A DNA stretch of 64,000 nt from Candidatus Omnitrophota bacterium (GTDB lineage: Bacteria; Omnitrophota; Gorgyraeia; Zapsychrales; Zapsychraceae), in contig JAIORP010000178.1 of the NCBI GenBank assembly GCA_021108075.1, positions 31,811-95,810 of the forward strand, written 5' to 3'. The position numbers and the translations under genes are program-made. Below, one piece after another: positions 1 to 9,901 of the stretch. How positions within the stretch are numbered: position 1 is the stretch's first letter; every line of letters begins with the position of its first letter. The notes under the pieces are model-generated. The model was not told the origin of the DNA, made no database searches, and saw only the letters and a list, made by a program, of their open reading frames with translations.

Positions 1-383
1 AGAAGGCGGAGTGTCCTTTTGAATTGATGCATTGCAATTCGTCATATCCTGTTGAAGATTCAGATCTAAATTTAAGAACAATTGAGTTTTTAAGGGAACA
101 TTTTCAATGCAAAGTCGGCTATAGCGGACATGAAGTTGGTCTGATCCCGACCTGCGCGGCCGTTACGTTAGGAGCCTCATCGATCGAACGCCACATTACT
201 TTAAATCGATCAATGTATGGGTCGGATCAATCTGCTTCAGTTGAAGTTATGGGATTCTACAGATTAACGAAATATATTGAAGCAATACTGGCTGCTCTAG
301 GAACGGGTGAGAAAACCATAGACGAAAAAGAGCAACAAGTTAAGAAGAAGCTTCGTAGAGTCGAAACATTGTTAACACAATAA
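1..383 (+). CDS. NeuB-family (N-acylneuraminate / nonulosonate synthase) C-terminal part of catalytic domain; 5' end lies outside the window. No SAF domain follows.
   Basis: ORF 24..383 translation aligns with the C-terminal half of the NeuB catalytic barrel of the full paralog at 9898..10896 (GYSGHE / ERHITL versus LSDHTPG / EKHFTL). The reading frame is open to the window start. Confidence 0.55.
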   Translation, partial: KAECPFELMHCNSSYPVEDSDLNLRTIEFLREHFQCKVGYSGHEVGLIPTCAAVTLGASSIERHITLNRSMYGSDQSASVEVMGFYRLTKYIEAILAALGTGEKTIDEKEQQVKKKLRRVETLLTQ

Positions 384-420
384 TTAGATGTGAATTTTTT
401 TTAAACATTTAACGAGAAGG

Positions 421-1161
421 ATGTGGATGAAGATCGTAGCGCTCATTCCAGCCCGAGGTGGCAGCAAAAGTATTCCATTCAAGAATATTATGAAGTTAGG
501 CAACCATCCCTTAATTGCTTATTCAATTGCGGAAGCAAAATTGTCACAATATATCAATGAAGTTGTTGTTACCACCGATTCAACAAAGATTGCTGATATT
601 GCCAGGAAATATCGAGCTTATGTTCCTTTTCTAAGGCCAAAGAATATCTCCCGTGATCACTCGTTGGATGTTGAGTTTTTTAAACATTACCTTAATTATT
701 TAAAAAGAAAAGCTTTTCAAATACCTGATATAATTGTTCATTTGAGACCAACAACCCCTTTGAGAGAAATTAGCGTCATTGATTGTGCTATTCAGTACAT
801 GGTTGAGAATAAAAAAGCTAGTGCGCTGCGTTCCATGCACAAGACACATCTCACGCCGTATAAAATGTTTAAGAAAAAAGGCGAATATGCATGTGCGTTT
901 TTAAAATATAAAAATGTTCAAGAATCTTACAACCTGCCTCGTCAGAAATTTGACGAAGTATATATCCCCAATGGGTATGTGGATATTGTCAGACCATCAA
1001 TATTATTAAAGACAAACCTCCTGCATGGGAGAAGAATGAAGATTTGGGAAACGGATAATGTCGCTGACATAGATGGGATCGAAGATTATCACTTTGCCGC
1101 CAAATTGTTAAAAGAAAGAAGATTTAATGAGATTCGGAACTATTTAAAAGATTATCAATAG
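421..1161 (+). CDS. Acylneuraminate cytidylyltransferase family (CMP-nonulosonic acid synthetase)
   Basis: N-terminal IPARGGSKSIPFKNI motif typical of the CMP-NeuAc synthetase / CMP-Kdo synthetase fold; 246 aa; sits directly downstream of the NeuB-like fragment. Confidence 0.75.
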   Translation: MWMKIVALIPARGGSKSIPFKNIMKLGNHPLIAYSIAEAKLSQYINEVVVTTDSTKIADIARKYRAYVPFLRPKNISRDHSLDVEFFKHYLNYLKRKAFQIPDIIVHLRPTTPLREISVIDCAIQYMVENKKASALRSMHKTHLTPYKMFKKKGEYACAFLKYKNVQESYNLPRQKFDEVYIPNGYVDIVRPSILLKTNLLHGRRMKIWETDNVADIDGIEDYHFAAKLLKERRFNEIRNYLKDYQ

Positions 1162-1203
1162 TCCGCATCGTTAAATGATTAATGAAAAGGGAGGAAAACG
1201 TCA

Positions 1204-1899
1204 ATGGGAACTTATTTAGAAACAATTTATTTTAGAGACGAATATTCAGAAGATAAGTATCCCCAAAAGTTGTGCAATTATATTATTGATAAATATTTTA
1301 CAAGCAATGGCAGCCTTGAAGGAAAAAAAGTTCTTGATATCGGATCAGGGAAAGGAAACCATTTGGTGGGATTTTCCCGAAGAGGTTTGAAGGCGTATGG
1401 TCTTGACAAAAGGAAAGAGTGTATCGACATTTTAAAAGATTTTGATATTAAAGAATGTAACATTGAAAAAGAGCCGTTTCCTTTCAAGGACAATTTTTTT
1501 GATTTTATATACTCAAAATCTGTTTTAGAACATGTTGTTAATGCGGATAATTTTCTGTCGGAATCCTTGCGGGTATTAAAGCCCGGAGGAACCGCTGTTA
1601 TGATGACGCCCGACTGGACAAGCCAGCATAAATATTTCTGGGATGATTACACCCATGTTAAAGCTTTTACGCGAAAATCTCTTCAAAACGCGATGATGAT
1701 CAATGGCTTTAAAGATGTGGACTGTTCCTATTTTTTACAGTTACCCATTGTATGGGAACGTCCTTGGATGATGATCGCCGTTAAACTCGTAAGGTTATTG
1801 CCGGATTTTTTAAAATGGAAAGATAAGGAAGAAAAGGTCTTCTGGGAATTTATCCGGTTTAGCAAAGAGGAAATGCTGCTTTCAGTTGGGAGTAAGTAA
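1204..1899 (+). CDS. Class I SAM-dependent methyltransferase
   Basis: VLDIGSGKGNH glycine-rich SAM-binding motif and later acidic loop; 231 aa; GGAGG-like RBS upstream (gggaggaaaacgtca ATG). Confidence 0.6.
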   Translation: MGTYLETIYFRDEYSEDKYPQKLCNYIIDKYFTSNGSLEGKKVLDIGSGKGNHLVGFSRRGLKAYGLDKRKECIDILKDFDIKECNIEKEPFPFKDNFFDFIYSKSVLEHVVNADNFLSESLRVLKPGGTAVMMTPDWTSQHKYFWDDYTHVKAFTRKSLQNAMMINGFKDVDCSYFLQLPIVWERPWMMIAVKLVRLLPDFLKWKDKEEKVFWEFIRFSKEEMLLSVGSK

Positions 1900-2734
1900 A
1901 AAAATGAATAACATTGGTATCATGCAAGGCAGAATTCTACCCAAGCGGTTGGACCGGTTGCAACTGTTCCCTGACAGGACCTGGGAAGAGGAATTATCGA
2001 AAGCAAAAGAGTTGGGATTTTCATGTGTCGAATTATTGTATGATAAAGAGTTGGTTTGCCGAACAATGTTGTCCGACAATAAACGGAGTGGTCGCCTTTG
2101 GGAGTATCTCAATAAGGAGATGCGTCGTGTTGTATTTAAATCTACCTGTTTAGATTATTTTACCGGTATTTCCTTGCTGGACCGGAAAAGTTTTTTTTGT
2201 TCGGAAATAGTAGCTATCATAGAAGAATTAAAAAAATCAAGCATTAAAATATTTGTCCTGCCCTTCTTTGATGAAAATATGATTCATTCTCAAGATGAGT
2301 TTCGGCAGGTCCTTCAAATCCTTCAGGATAATAATTTAGATTGTTTGGCGCGCTCAAATGATGTTGCATTAGCCCTTGAACTATGTCTGCCCGCTCATCA
2401 AGTTAGAAATTCAATGGATGCATATGCTTTTACAAATATTAAAATCTGCTATGACACTGGGAACGCGCGTGCTTCCGGTTATATCCCTGAAGAAGAAATA
2501 ATCGAATTATCGGGTTTGATAGGACATGTCCATATCAAGGACCGGAATGTGGGTGGACCCAACGTGCCTTTAGGTTCCGGCGCCGTCAATTTCAACGCAT
2601 GTTTGGAGGCTCTTCAACGCATCCGTTATGACGGGCTAATGATCCTTGAAACAATTTACACGGATAATCCCATTTTAGACGCCCGAAACAACTTCGCTTA
2701 TTTGCAAGGATTGTTGGGAAGGATGGTGTCATGA
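1886..2734 (+). CDS. Sugar phosphate isomerase/epimerase, xylose-isomerase-like TIM barrel
   Basis: LGFSCVELL ... HVHIKD pattern of AP-endonuclease-2 / xylose isomerase-like TIM barrels; 282 aa; overlaps next gene by 4 bp. Confidence 0.55.
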   Translation: MGVSKKMNNIGIMQGRILPKRLDRLQLFPDRTWEEELSKAKELGFSCVELLYDKELVCRTMLSDNKRSGRLWEYLNKEMRRVVFKSTCLDYFTGISLLDRKSFFCSEIVAIIEELKKSSIKIFVLPFFDENMIHSQDEFRQVLQILQDNNLDCLARSNDVALALELCLPAHQVRNSMDAYAFTNIKICYDTGNARASGYIPEEEIIELSGLIGHVHIKDRNVGGPNVPLGSGAVNFNACLEALQRIRYDGLMILETIYTDNPILDARNNFAYLQGLLGRMVS

Positions 2735-3738
2735 GAGCATTATTTGTTGGATTAGGCTCGATCGGCCAGCGTCATTTAATAAACTTCAAACATTTAGTTG
2801 GAAATAAAGCGGAAATATTCGCTTACCGGCAAACGAATCATAATCTAATAATAAGAGAAGGCAAAGCGAAAACATGCCGATCTCTTGCGCAATATTACGG
2901 TTTTCAGACATGTCCAAGTTTATCCGAAGCATTTAACGTTTATCCGGATGTTGTCTTTATCACGAATCCTAGTGCATACCATTTAGCGCCAGCGATAAAA
3001 GCGGCGTCACATGGGTGTCATTTGTTCATTGAAAAACCCTTATCACATAGTCTCAAGGGTGTGACTTCCTTGCAAAATATAATTCATAGGAAGAAATTGG
3101 TTGTTATGGTGGGCTATCAGACCAGGTTCCATCCGTGTTATCAATTTTTAGAAAAAATGATATCCAGAAAAAGATATGGCCGTTTACTTTCCGCAGATTT
3201 TGAGTGGGGCACATATCTTCCTGCGCATCATCCGTATGAAGATTATCGAAAAGGCTATGCCGCACTTAACAAATTAGGCGGAGGCGTTCTGCTCGGTTTG
3301 AGTCATGAACTGGATATGATTTGTAACCTTTGGGGGCAGCCGGATGAACTATTCGCCGTTGGGGGACAACTGAGTCCGCTGAGCATGGATACGGAGGATA
3401 CGGTATCTGTTTTGATGAAATACAGACGGCATTCTCAGTCTTTTCCTGTTTCGTTATTTTTATCCTACGCGCAAACAAAGGAAACACGTCGATTTAAGGT
3501 GCAGATGGCACGGGCGACGATCTTAGGCGACTTCATGGAAAACACGGTGCAAGTTTTTGATCAAAAAGGGAACGTCATTATTTTTGAATCTTTTATCGAA
3601 TTCGACAGGAATGAATTATTTATCAGTGAAATGAAGGAATTCGTTAAAGCTGTTAAAATTAAACGGAAACCATTGGTTGATATAGACGACGGGATTGAAA
3701 GTTTAAAACTAGCATTAAGGATTAAAAAAAAATTATAG
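2731..3738 (+). CDS. Gfo/Idh/MocA-family NAD(P)-dependent oxidoreductase
   Basis: N-terminal Rossmann motif LFVGLGSIGQRH and hallmark FIEKP motif; 335 aa. Confidence 0.7.
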   Translation: MRALFVGLGSIGQRHLINFKHLVGNKAEIFAYRQTNHNLIIREGKAKTCRSLAQYYGFQTCPSLSEAFNVYPDVVFITNPSAYHLAPAIKAASHGCHLFIEKPLSHSLKGVTSLQNIIHRKKLVVMVGYQTRFHPCYQFLEKMISRKRYGRLLSADFEWGTYLPAHHPYEDYRKGYAALNKLGGGVLLGLSHELDMICNLWGQPDELFAVGGQLSPLSMDTEDTVSVLMKYRRHSQSFPVSLFLSYAQTKETRRFKVQMARATILGDFMENTVQVFDQKGNVIIFESFIEFDRNELFISEMKEFVKAVKIKRKPLVDIDDGIESLKLALRIKKKL

Positions 3739-3744
3739 AAGGAA

Positions 3745-4578
3745 GTGCTCAAAATGATGGATAAATTTAAATTAGATAATAAAAATATCATCATCACCGG
3801 CGGTGCCGGATTTCTCGGGCGCATGCATGCTGAGGCCATTGCGCAAGCGGGAGGCCATCCGATCCTGGGCGATTTGTATGTTGAAGAGGCACAAGAAATT
3901 GCTGCACAGATATCTACAACGTTTCATGTCAGGGCCTGCGGTATTCAGTTAGACGTTACAAAAAAAGAAAGCATTAGTGAGATGCTTCAGACGGTTCTGA
4001 ACGAATACGGACAAGTGGATGCGTTAATCAACAATGCCGCTAATGATCCAAAGGTAAAGGAGACGAGCGATGGATTAGAGCATAGTCGATTTGAGAATTT
4101 TTCTTTGGAGCAATGGAATAATGATATTGAGGTCGGTTTAACGGGTTCATTTTTATGCAGCCAAATTATTGGCCGCGAGATGGAAAAAAAAGGAAAAGGC
4201 GTCATTCTCAATATTTCTTCAGATCTGGGACTAAATGCGCCGGATCAAAGGATATATCGCAAAGAGGGTTGTCCAGAGCATTTACAGCCGGTCAAGCCCG
4301 TTTCTTATTCTGTTGTCAAACATGCATTAATTGGTCTGACCAAGTATCTGGCTACTTATTGGGCCGATAAAGGGATAAGGGTCAATACACTTTGCCCCGG
4401 AGGAGTTTACAATAATCAACCCGATGCCTTTGTTACTAAATTAACTCATTTAATTCCGATGGGAAGAATGGCGAATAAAGATGAATATATGGCAGCCGTA
4501 TTATTTTTACTTTCGGATGCTTCTTCATATATGACGGGTTCGACATTAGTTATTGATGGTGGCCGACATTGTTGGTAG
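3745..4578 (+). CDS. Short-chain dehydrogenase/reductase (SDR), PtmA/flagellin-modification-protein-A-like
   Basis: ITGGAGFLG cofactor motif, NNAA, catalytic YSVVKHAL (YxxxK); 277 aa. Confidence 0.75.
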   Translation: MLKMMDKFKLDNKNIIITGGAGFLGRMHAEAIAQAGGHPILGDLYVEEAQEIAAQISTTFHVRACGIQLDVTKKESISEMLQTVLNEYGQVDALINNAANDPKVKETSDGLEHSRFENFSLEQWNNDIEVGLTGSFLCSQIIGREMEKKGKGVILNISSDLGLNAPDQRIYRKEGCPEHLQPVKPVSYSVVKHALIGLTKYLATYWADKGIRVNTLCPGGVYNNQPDAFVTKLTHLIPMGRMANKDEYMAAVLFLLSDASSYMTGSTLVIDGGRHCW

Positions 4579-4625
4579 GCATTTTCATTCATTCTTAATA
4601 AAATCAGATTAAGAGGAACTTTTTA

Positions 4626-5126
4626 ATGCTAAATATAGAATTATTTCGTCGTATTAAGTTGTTGGTTTGTGATTTCGACGGTGTATTCACAGACAATTCT
4701 GTCATTGTCGATGAAAATGGCAAAGAGTCTGTCATTTGTTCTCGTTCAGACAGCTTGGGCGTAGAGATGCTAAAGAAAAAAGGAATAAATGTCATCGTCA
4801 TTTCAAAAGAGAGAAACAATGTCGTTCAATCGCGGTGTCAAAAGATGGGGATTCCCTGTTTTTGGGGGATAGATGAAAAACTTTCAGTTATGCAAAAAGA
4901 AATGAAAGAATATGGTTTAGAGCCAGATGAAGTTTGTTATCTGGGCAATGATATCAATGATTTGGAGTGCATGCGATATGTTATTGGCGTCGCTGTTGGT
5001 GATGCGAATGATCAGGCTAAGGAAATTGCCCGATATGTCACAAAAGCCAACGGCGGCAGGGGCGCGGTCAGGGAAGTCGCTGACCATATTCTGAATAGCG
5101 GAAGAACCTTGAAGGAGTCTTTATAA
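4626..5126 (+). CDS. HAD-superfamily phosphatase, KdsC family (Kdo-8-P / NeuAc-9-P phosphatase-like)
   Basis: LLVCDFDGVFTDN motif I and GNDINDL motif; 166 aa, the size of KdsC-type phosphatases. Confidence 0.7.
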   Translation: MLNIELFRRIKLLVCDFDGVFTDNSVIVDENGKESVICSRSDSLGVEMLKKKGINVIVISKERNNVVQSRCQKMGIPCFWGIDEKLSVMQKEMKEYGLEPDEVCYLGNDINDLECMRYVIGVAVGDANDQAKEIARYVTKANGGRGAVREVADHILNSGRTLKESL

Positions 5127-5137
5127 GACCGTCACAT

Positions 5138-6958
5138 ATGAATCAGACAAAAAATTATCAGACATTCTTTTTTACTTTGCGACAGCTTTTTAAAAGACTG
5201 CAGCCTATCCATAAAAAGCAGTTTGGCCTGTTGCTGATCTTTATGCTGTTCGCGTCGTTCATCGCGACAGTTTCGGCCGGCATCATCGCGCTCTTTGCCG
5301 CGGCGTTTACAGCGCCTGATCAAATCATGAATTCGAAATATTTTGTCATGGCCCGGGATGTCTTTGATGTGGATTTCCTATATACGCCAAAGGGCCTGAT
5401 GGTTTTATTGAGTGTCTTAATGGTTTTGTTTGTGGGGTTAAAAAATATTTTGGATTGCGTCCTTTTTTATTTTCTCGCCTGCTATAGCGCGGCCATCGAA
5501 GCCCATTTTGGTGTTGTTTTGTTTAATGGTTTTATTCATATGCCGTATGAATGGCATTTGAACCGTAATTCTGCTGATCTGATTCTCGCCCTGCAATGGC
5601 GGAGCTATGTCGGGCAGAGCTTTTTTAATGTGGCCTTGAAATCGATCAATGATGTCTTTGTTGTCCTGTTTCTCATCTCAGCGGTTTTTTTGGCCAGTCC
5701 TTTTATTGCTCTGGTTGTGTTTATGATTTCAGGTGTTACCGCTTTTCTGATCTACCGCAAAATTCACCGCCTGCAGGAGATGGAAGCGGAAAAGTGTTTG
5801 GTTTACAGCCAATCCATTAACCGGCAGGTGACCAAGGGCATTCATGGTATAAAGGATGTCAAGGTTTCCGGTCAAACCTCGTTTATTGATGACTTTGAAA
5901 CAGATGCCTATGATGTGGCCCGTATTCGCGGTATGCGCAGTTTTTACGGCCGGTTGCCGATCGGTTTATTGGAGACCATCGGCTTTGCCATTCTATCCAT
6001 ATCGATTATTTTTATGCTTTTTTTCACCGCGTCATCAAATTTGGAGATCACAGCCGTTATCAGCTTGTTGATTGTTGCCGCCTGGAGAATTCTGCCGGCG
6101 ACAAGCCGGATCATGACCGGTTTTATCGCGATCAGAAACATTATTCCTTTTGTTAAACGCATCATGGAGTATATTGAAGACATTGAGTCAAAAGCTGTTT
6201 ACCCCGCGGAGCCTGTCACGGGTGTATCCGATCCGCTGGATTTCAAACGCGACATTCAAGTGCAAGATATTAATTTTATTTATCACGACCGGCAAGTCCA
6301 TGTCCTGCATGATATCAGTTTTCATATTAAGAAAGGGCAGACCGTCGGGATTGTCGGTTGTTCAGGCGTTGGTAAAAGTACTTTAGTTGACATTATTATC
6401 GGGTTATTGATCCCCAATAAAGGACGGATTGTCGTCGATGGCAATGAGGTCACGGAGCATAACCGTTACACCTGGCTCAAGAAGCTGAGTTATGTTTCGC
6501 AATCACCTTACATTTGTGATGGAAGTATCGCTGAGAATATCGCTTTCGGGATAGTCCCGGATCGTATTGATCGGGACCATGTGCTTGAATGCTGTCGCAT
6601 GGCCTATATGCAGGACATTTTGAGCATGCTCCCGCAGGGCATTGATACGGTTATTGGTGAGAGGGGTATGCGTCTTTCCGGCGGGCAACGTCAGCGGGTC
6701 GCGATCGCGCGGGCATTATATACAAATCCGGAACTCATGATTTTTGATGAAGCGACAAGTTCATTAGATAGTAAAAGTGAGAATGCCATTCAGGAAACCA
6801 TCGCTTCCTTGAAAGGAAACAAGACATTGCTGGTCATCGCCCATCGCCTAAAAACAGTCGAAAATTGTGATTCTTTGATATGGTTGGAAGACGGGAGAGT
6901 AAAAATGTTTGACACGCCGGACAACGTTTTATGTCAGTATGAGGAGTCATTGCGCTGA
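5138..6958 (+). CDS. ABC exporter, fused transmembrane domain + ATP-binding domain
   Basis: N-terminal multi-TM region, Walker A GCSGVGKST, signature LSGGQRQRVAIARAL, Walker B MIFDEATS; 606 aa. Confidence 0.8.
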   Translation: MNQTKNYQTFFFTLRQLFKRLQPIHKKQFGLLLIFMLFASFIATVSAGIIALFAAAFTAPDQIMNSKYFVMARDVFDVDFLYTPKGLMVLLSVLMVLFVGLKNILDCVLFYFLACYSAAIEAHFGVVLFNGFIHMPYEWHLNRNSADLILALQWRSYVGQSFFNVALKSINDVFVVLFLISAVFLASPFIALVVFMISGVTAFLIYRKIHRLQEMEAEKCLVYSQSINRQVTKGIHGIKDVKVSGQTSFIDDFETDAYDVARIRGMRSFYGRLPIGLLETIGFAILSISIIFMLFFTASSNLEITAVISLLIVAAWRILPATSRIMTGFIAIRNIIPFVKRIMEYIEDIESKAVYPAEPVTGVSDPLDFKRDIQVQDINFIYHDRQVHVLHDISFHIKKGQTVGIVGCSGVGKSTLVDIIIGLLIPNKGRIVVDGNEVTEHNRYTWLKKLSYVSQSPYICDGSIAENIAFGIVPDRIDRDHVLECCRMAYMQDILSMLPQGIDTVIGERGMRLSGGQRQRVAIARALYTNPELMIFDEATSSLDSKSENAIQETIASLKGNKTLLVIAHRLKTVENCDSLIWLEDGRVKMFDTPDNVLCQYEESLR

Positions 6959-7020
6959 TTGGGGCGCTCCCGATGAAAGTGAGCGTTTGAACAGGTAAGG
7001 TTATTTTTTGGAAAAAGTTA

Positions 7021-7127
7021 ATACCAAATCCATTAATTAATTGTTCTATTTCGATTCTGATATTCTCGCCTTAGCGTCAATAAATGCTGAATCGGGTTTG
7101 GTAATTATTTAACGTAATTGGTATAAG
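7021..7127 (+). repeat. Promoter/operator repeat element, copy A (diverged), upstream of the 7172 operon
   Basis: ATACCAAATCCATTAATTAATTGTTCTATTTCGATTCTGATATTCTCGCC ... GGTTTGGTAATTATTTAACGTAATTGGTATAAG is alignable to the copies at 28410, 54828 and 49112. Confidence 0.75.
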
Positions 7128-7171
7128 TTATGAATTGAAAGTTTAGAAGAGACAAATGTGGAGCCTTTAAA

Positions 7172-8176
7172 GTGAACGGGAAAAGATCTCAGAAAAAAGT
7201 TTTAGTAACAGGTGCTGACGGTTTTATCGGCAGTCATCTCGTTGAAGATCTGGTTGCTCAAGGCTTCAACGTAAAAGCCTTTGTCTATTACAACTCGTTT
7301 AACACCTGGGGCTGGTTGGATTCAATCCCTAAAGATATCCTTGAAGAAATTGATGTTTTTGCCGGTGATGTGCGTGATCCGAATGGGGTTAAAGAAGCGC
7401 TGAAGGGTTGTGACATGGTTTTTCATTTGGCCGCGTTAATCGGCATCCCTTTTTCCTATCATTCTCCGGACAGTTATGTTGACACAAACGTCAAGGGAAC
7501 CCTGAATATTTTGCAATCAGCCCGTGATTCGGGAACAAAAAGAATTTTGGTAACCTCGACATCTGAGGTGTATGGAACGGCACAATATGTTCCCATTGAT
7601 GAACAGCATCCACGGCAGGCACAATCGCCGTATTCAGCAACAAAGATTGCGGCTGACAGTCTGGCGGAATCTTTTTATCGCTCTTTTGATTTGCCGGTAA
7701 CGATCGTGCGCCCATTCAATACTTTTGGCCCCCGGCAATCCGCCCGGGCCATCATTCCGACGGTGATAACACAGGCCTTAACTGGAAAAAAAGAGATCAA
7801 GCTGGGTGATTTGCGTCCATCACGTGATCTGAATTATGTGCAGGATGTGTGTCAGGCCTTCATTCAAATCGCGAAATGTGAAGAAACCCGCGGAATGGAC
7901 TTGAATATTGCCAGGGGAGAAGATATAACGGTCGGTGATTTAGCCCAGGAAGTAATCAGATTGACCGGCTCCGGGGCAAAGATCGTCTGCGATCAGCAAC
8001 GCTTGCGGCCCGAACGCTCAGAAGTTATGCGGCTTTGCGGTGATAACAAGAAAATCAAAGAACTAACAGGATGGTCTCCGTCAACGTCTTTGCAGGAAGG
8101 TTTAAAGCAAACGATTGAGTGGTTTTCAGTAAAAGACAATCTGGATTTATATAAGGCGGATATTTACAATGTTTAA
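7172..8176 (+). CDS. NAD-dependent nucleotide-sugar epimerase/dehydratase (extended SDR)
   Basis: VLVTGADGFIGSHLVEDL Rossmann motif and catalytic YSATK; 334 aa; GTG start; preceded by a promoter-repeat copy. Confidence 0.75.
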   Translation: MNGKRSQKKVLVTGADGFIGSHLVEDLVAQGFNVKAFVYYNSFNTWGWLDSIPKDILEEIDVFAGDVRDPNGVKEALKGCDMVFHLAALIGIPFSYHSPDSYVDTNVKGTLNILQSARDSGTKRILVTSTSEVYGTAQYVPIDEQHPRQAQSPYSATKIAADSLAESFYRSFDLPVTIVRPFNTFGPRQSARAIIPTVITQALTGKKEIKLGDLRPSRDLNYVQDVCQAFIQIAKCEETRGMDLNIARGEDITVGDLAQEVIRLTGSGAKIVCDQQRLRPERSEVMRLCGDNKKIKELTGWSPSTSLQEGLKQTIEWFSVKDNLDLYKADIYNV

Positions 8177-9266
8177 AATTTTATTGGATTCACCGAATGT
8201 GGGAGAACTTGAGAAGAAATACTTGAATGATGCCGTTGATTCGGGCTTTGTCTCAACATATGGACCGTATGTGACGGATTTTGAGAACCGGATCGCTGAA
8301 TTGCTCCATGTGCCCTGTACCGTTGGGCTTCAAAGTGGAACCGCCGCATTGCATATTGCTTTATATGAATGTGGTATCGGTCCCGGGGATGAAGTTATTA
8401 TCCCCGCGATAACGTTTGCCGCCACAGCGCATGCTGTTCTTTATGTCGGGGCAACACCTGTTATTGTTGATGTGGAATCTGATACCTGGTGCATTTCTCC
8501 TTCTGCCACTGAATCCGCGATAACGAGTCAGACGAAAGCGGTTATACCCGTTCACCTTTATGGCAATCCCTGTGATATGGGGAGGATGACCCAAATTGCG
8601 CAGGCCAACAATTTTTTTATTATTGAAGATGCTGCTGAAAGTTTAGGATCAAAATATCAGGGTCAGTATACAGGCACATTAGGTGATTTGGGATGTTTAA
8701 GCTTTAACGGCAATAAGACCATAACATCTGCAAGTGGGGGAATGATCGCGCTTAAAGATCCAAAAAGAGCGGAGCACATTCGATATTTAATAAATCAGTC
8801 CAATCCGGGCTATGGATTCGATAACCATGGAGAAATCGGTTATAACTACCGCCTGACAAATTTATCGGCAGCGATGGGTTTAGCCCAGGTTGAGCGGGTT
8901 CATTCGTTTCTAAACAAAAAAAAGGATTTTTTTCAAATATATAAAAAACATCTTTCCGGAATGCCGGATGTATTCTTCCAGGCCGAATATCCTGGCGCTG
9001 AGAATTCATATTGGCTGACAGCGATATTGTTGCCATTTCATCAGGATGTTGATCGAGTTATTCATCAATTAAAAGACAAGAATATTCCTGCCCGACGTTT
9101 TTTTAATCCATTAAATACTTTTAAGTTTATGTCCGGTTTCTGCCAGGGAACATTAAAGAATGCCAATGACATCTACGCGCGCGGAATATGCTTGCCGTCA
9201 TCAACCCTGAATGAGGCTGAAGGGATTGAGCACGTCTGTGATGTTTTAAAGGAGCTGATTACGTGA
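8169..9266 (+). CDS. DegT/DnrJ/EryC1/StrS-family PLP-dependent sugar aminotransferase
   Basis: Fold-type I aminotransferase layout with SFNGNKTITSASGG lysine region; 365 aa; 4-bp overlap with both neighbours. Confidence 0.8.
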   Translation: MFKILLDSPNVGELEKKYLNDAVDSGFVSTYGPYVTDFENRIAELLHVPCTVGLQSGTAALHIALYECGIGPGDEVIIPAITFAATAHAVLYVGATPVIVDVESDTWCISPSATESAITSQTKAVIPVHLYGNPCDMGRMTQIAQANNFFIIEDAAESLGSKYQGQYTGTLGDLGCLSFNGNKTITSASGGMIALKDPKRAEHIRYLINQSNPGYGFDNHGEIGYNYRLTNLSAAMGLAQVERVHSFLNKKKDFFQIYKKHLSGMPDVFFQAEYPGAENSYWLTAILLPFHQDVDRVIHQLKDKNIPARRFFNPLNTFKFMSGFCQGTLKNANDIYARGICLPSSTLNEAEGIEHVCDVLKELIT

Positions 9267-9901
9267 AAGAGAATATTATTTTAGTTGGCGGGGGAGGGCA
9301 TTGCCGGTCCTGTATTGATGTTATCGAGCAGCAAGGCCGTTACGCGATTTATGGCATCATCGATGGCAAAGAGAATATCGGTCAAGAGGTTTGCGGTTAT
9401 AAAATGATCGGATCTGATCAAGATATCCCCCATTATATGACAGAGTGCCCGAATTTCATTGTTACTGTCGGGCAAGTAAAGGGCGGTTCGAGAAGGAAAG
9501 ATTTATTTGAGATGCTCAAGGTCCACAAAGCGAATGTGCCTGTTATCATATCGCCGTTAGCGCGCGTATCCCCTGACGCTCAATTAGGTGAAGGCACGAT
9601 CATTATGCATCATGCCCTCGTCAATCGAAGGGCGGTGATCGGGTGCAACGCCATCGTGAACACAAAAGCGTTAATTGAACATGATGTTCGTCTGGGAGAC
9701 CATGTTTGCGTTTCCACGGGCGCGATCATTAATGGAGAGTGTGATATCGGACATCATGTTTTTATCGGCAGCGGCAGTGTCGTGAACCAATGTGTTTCCG
9801 TTGTTGATGGCACCGTGCTTGGGTCAGGCGCGGTTGTTGTGAGAGATATTGTTCAGCCAGGGACTTATGTGGGCTGCCCCGCAAGGAGGTTGCGTGTATG
9901 A
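9263..9901 (+). CDS. NeuD/PglD-family sugar N/O-acetyltransferase (left-handed beta-helix)
   Basis: N-terminal ILVGGGGHCRSCIDVIE Rossmann-like region followed by hexapeptide repeats; 212 aa. Confidence 0.7.
   Translation: MKENIILVGGGGHCRSCIDVIEQQGRYAIYGIIDGKENIGQEVCGYKMIGSDQDIPHYMTECPNFIVTVGQVKGGSRRKDLFEMLKVHKANVPVIISPLARVSPDAQLGEGTIIMHHALVNRRAVIGCNAIVNTKALIEHDVRLGDHVCVSTGAIINGECDIGHHVFIGSGSVVNQCVSVVDGTVLGSGAVVVRDIVQPGTYVGCPARRLRV

Noticed and set aside
1914-2153. 79-aa + strand ORF overlapping the 5' end of the TIM-barrel gene in another frame; also 4155..4370, 5856..6071, 11623..11844, 18385..18735
   Set aside because: These are out-of-frame overlaps inside longer, motif-supported CDS on the same strand, with no independent support.
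6962-7020. Possible rho-independent terminator after the ABC exporter (CGCTC ... GAGCG stem followed by a T-rich run)
   Set aside because: The stem is only 5 bp with an 11-nt loop, and the T-run is separated from the stem by about 15 nt. The evidence is insufficient.
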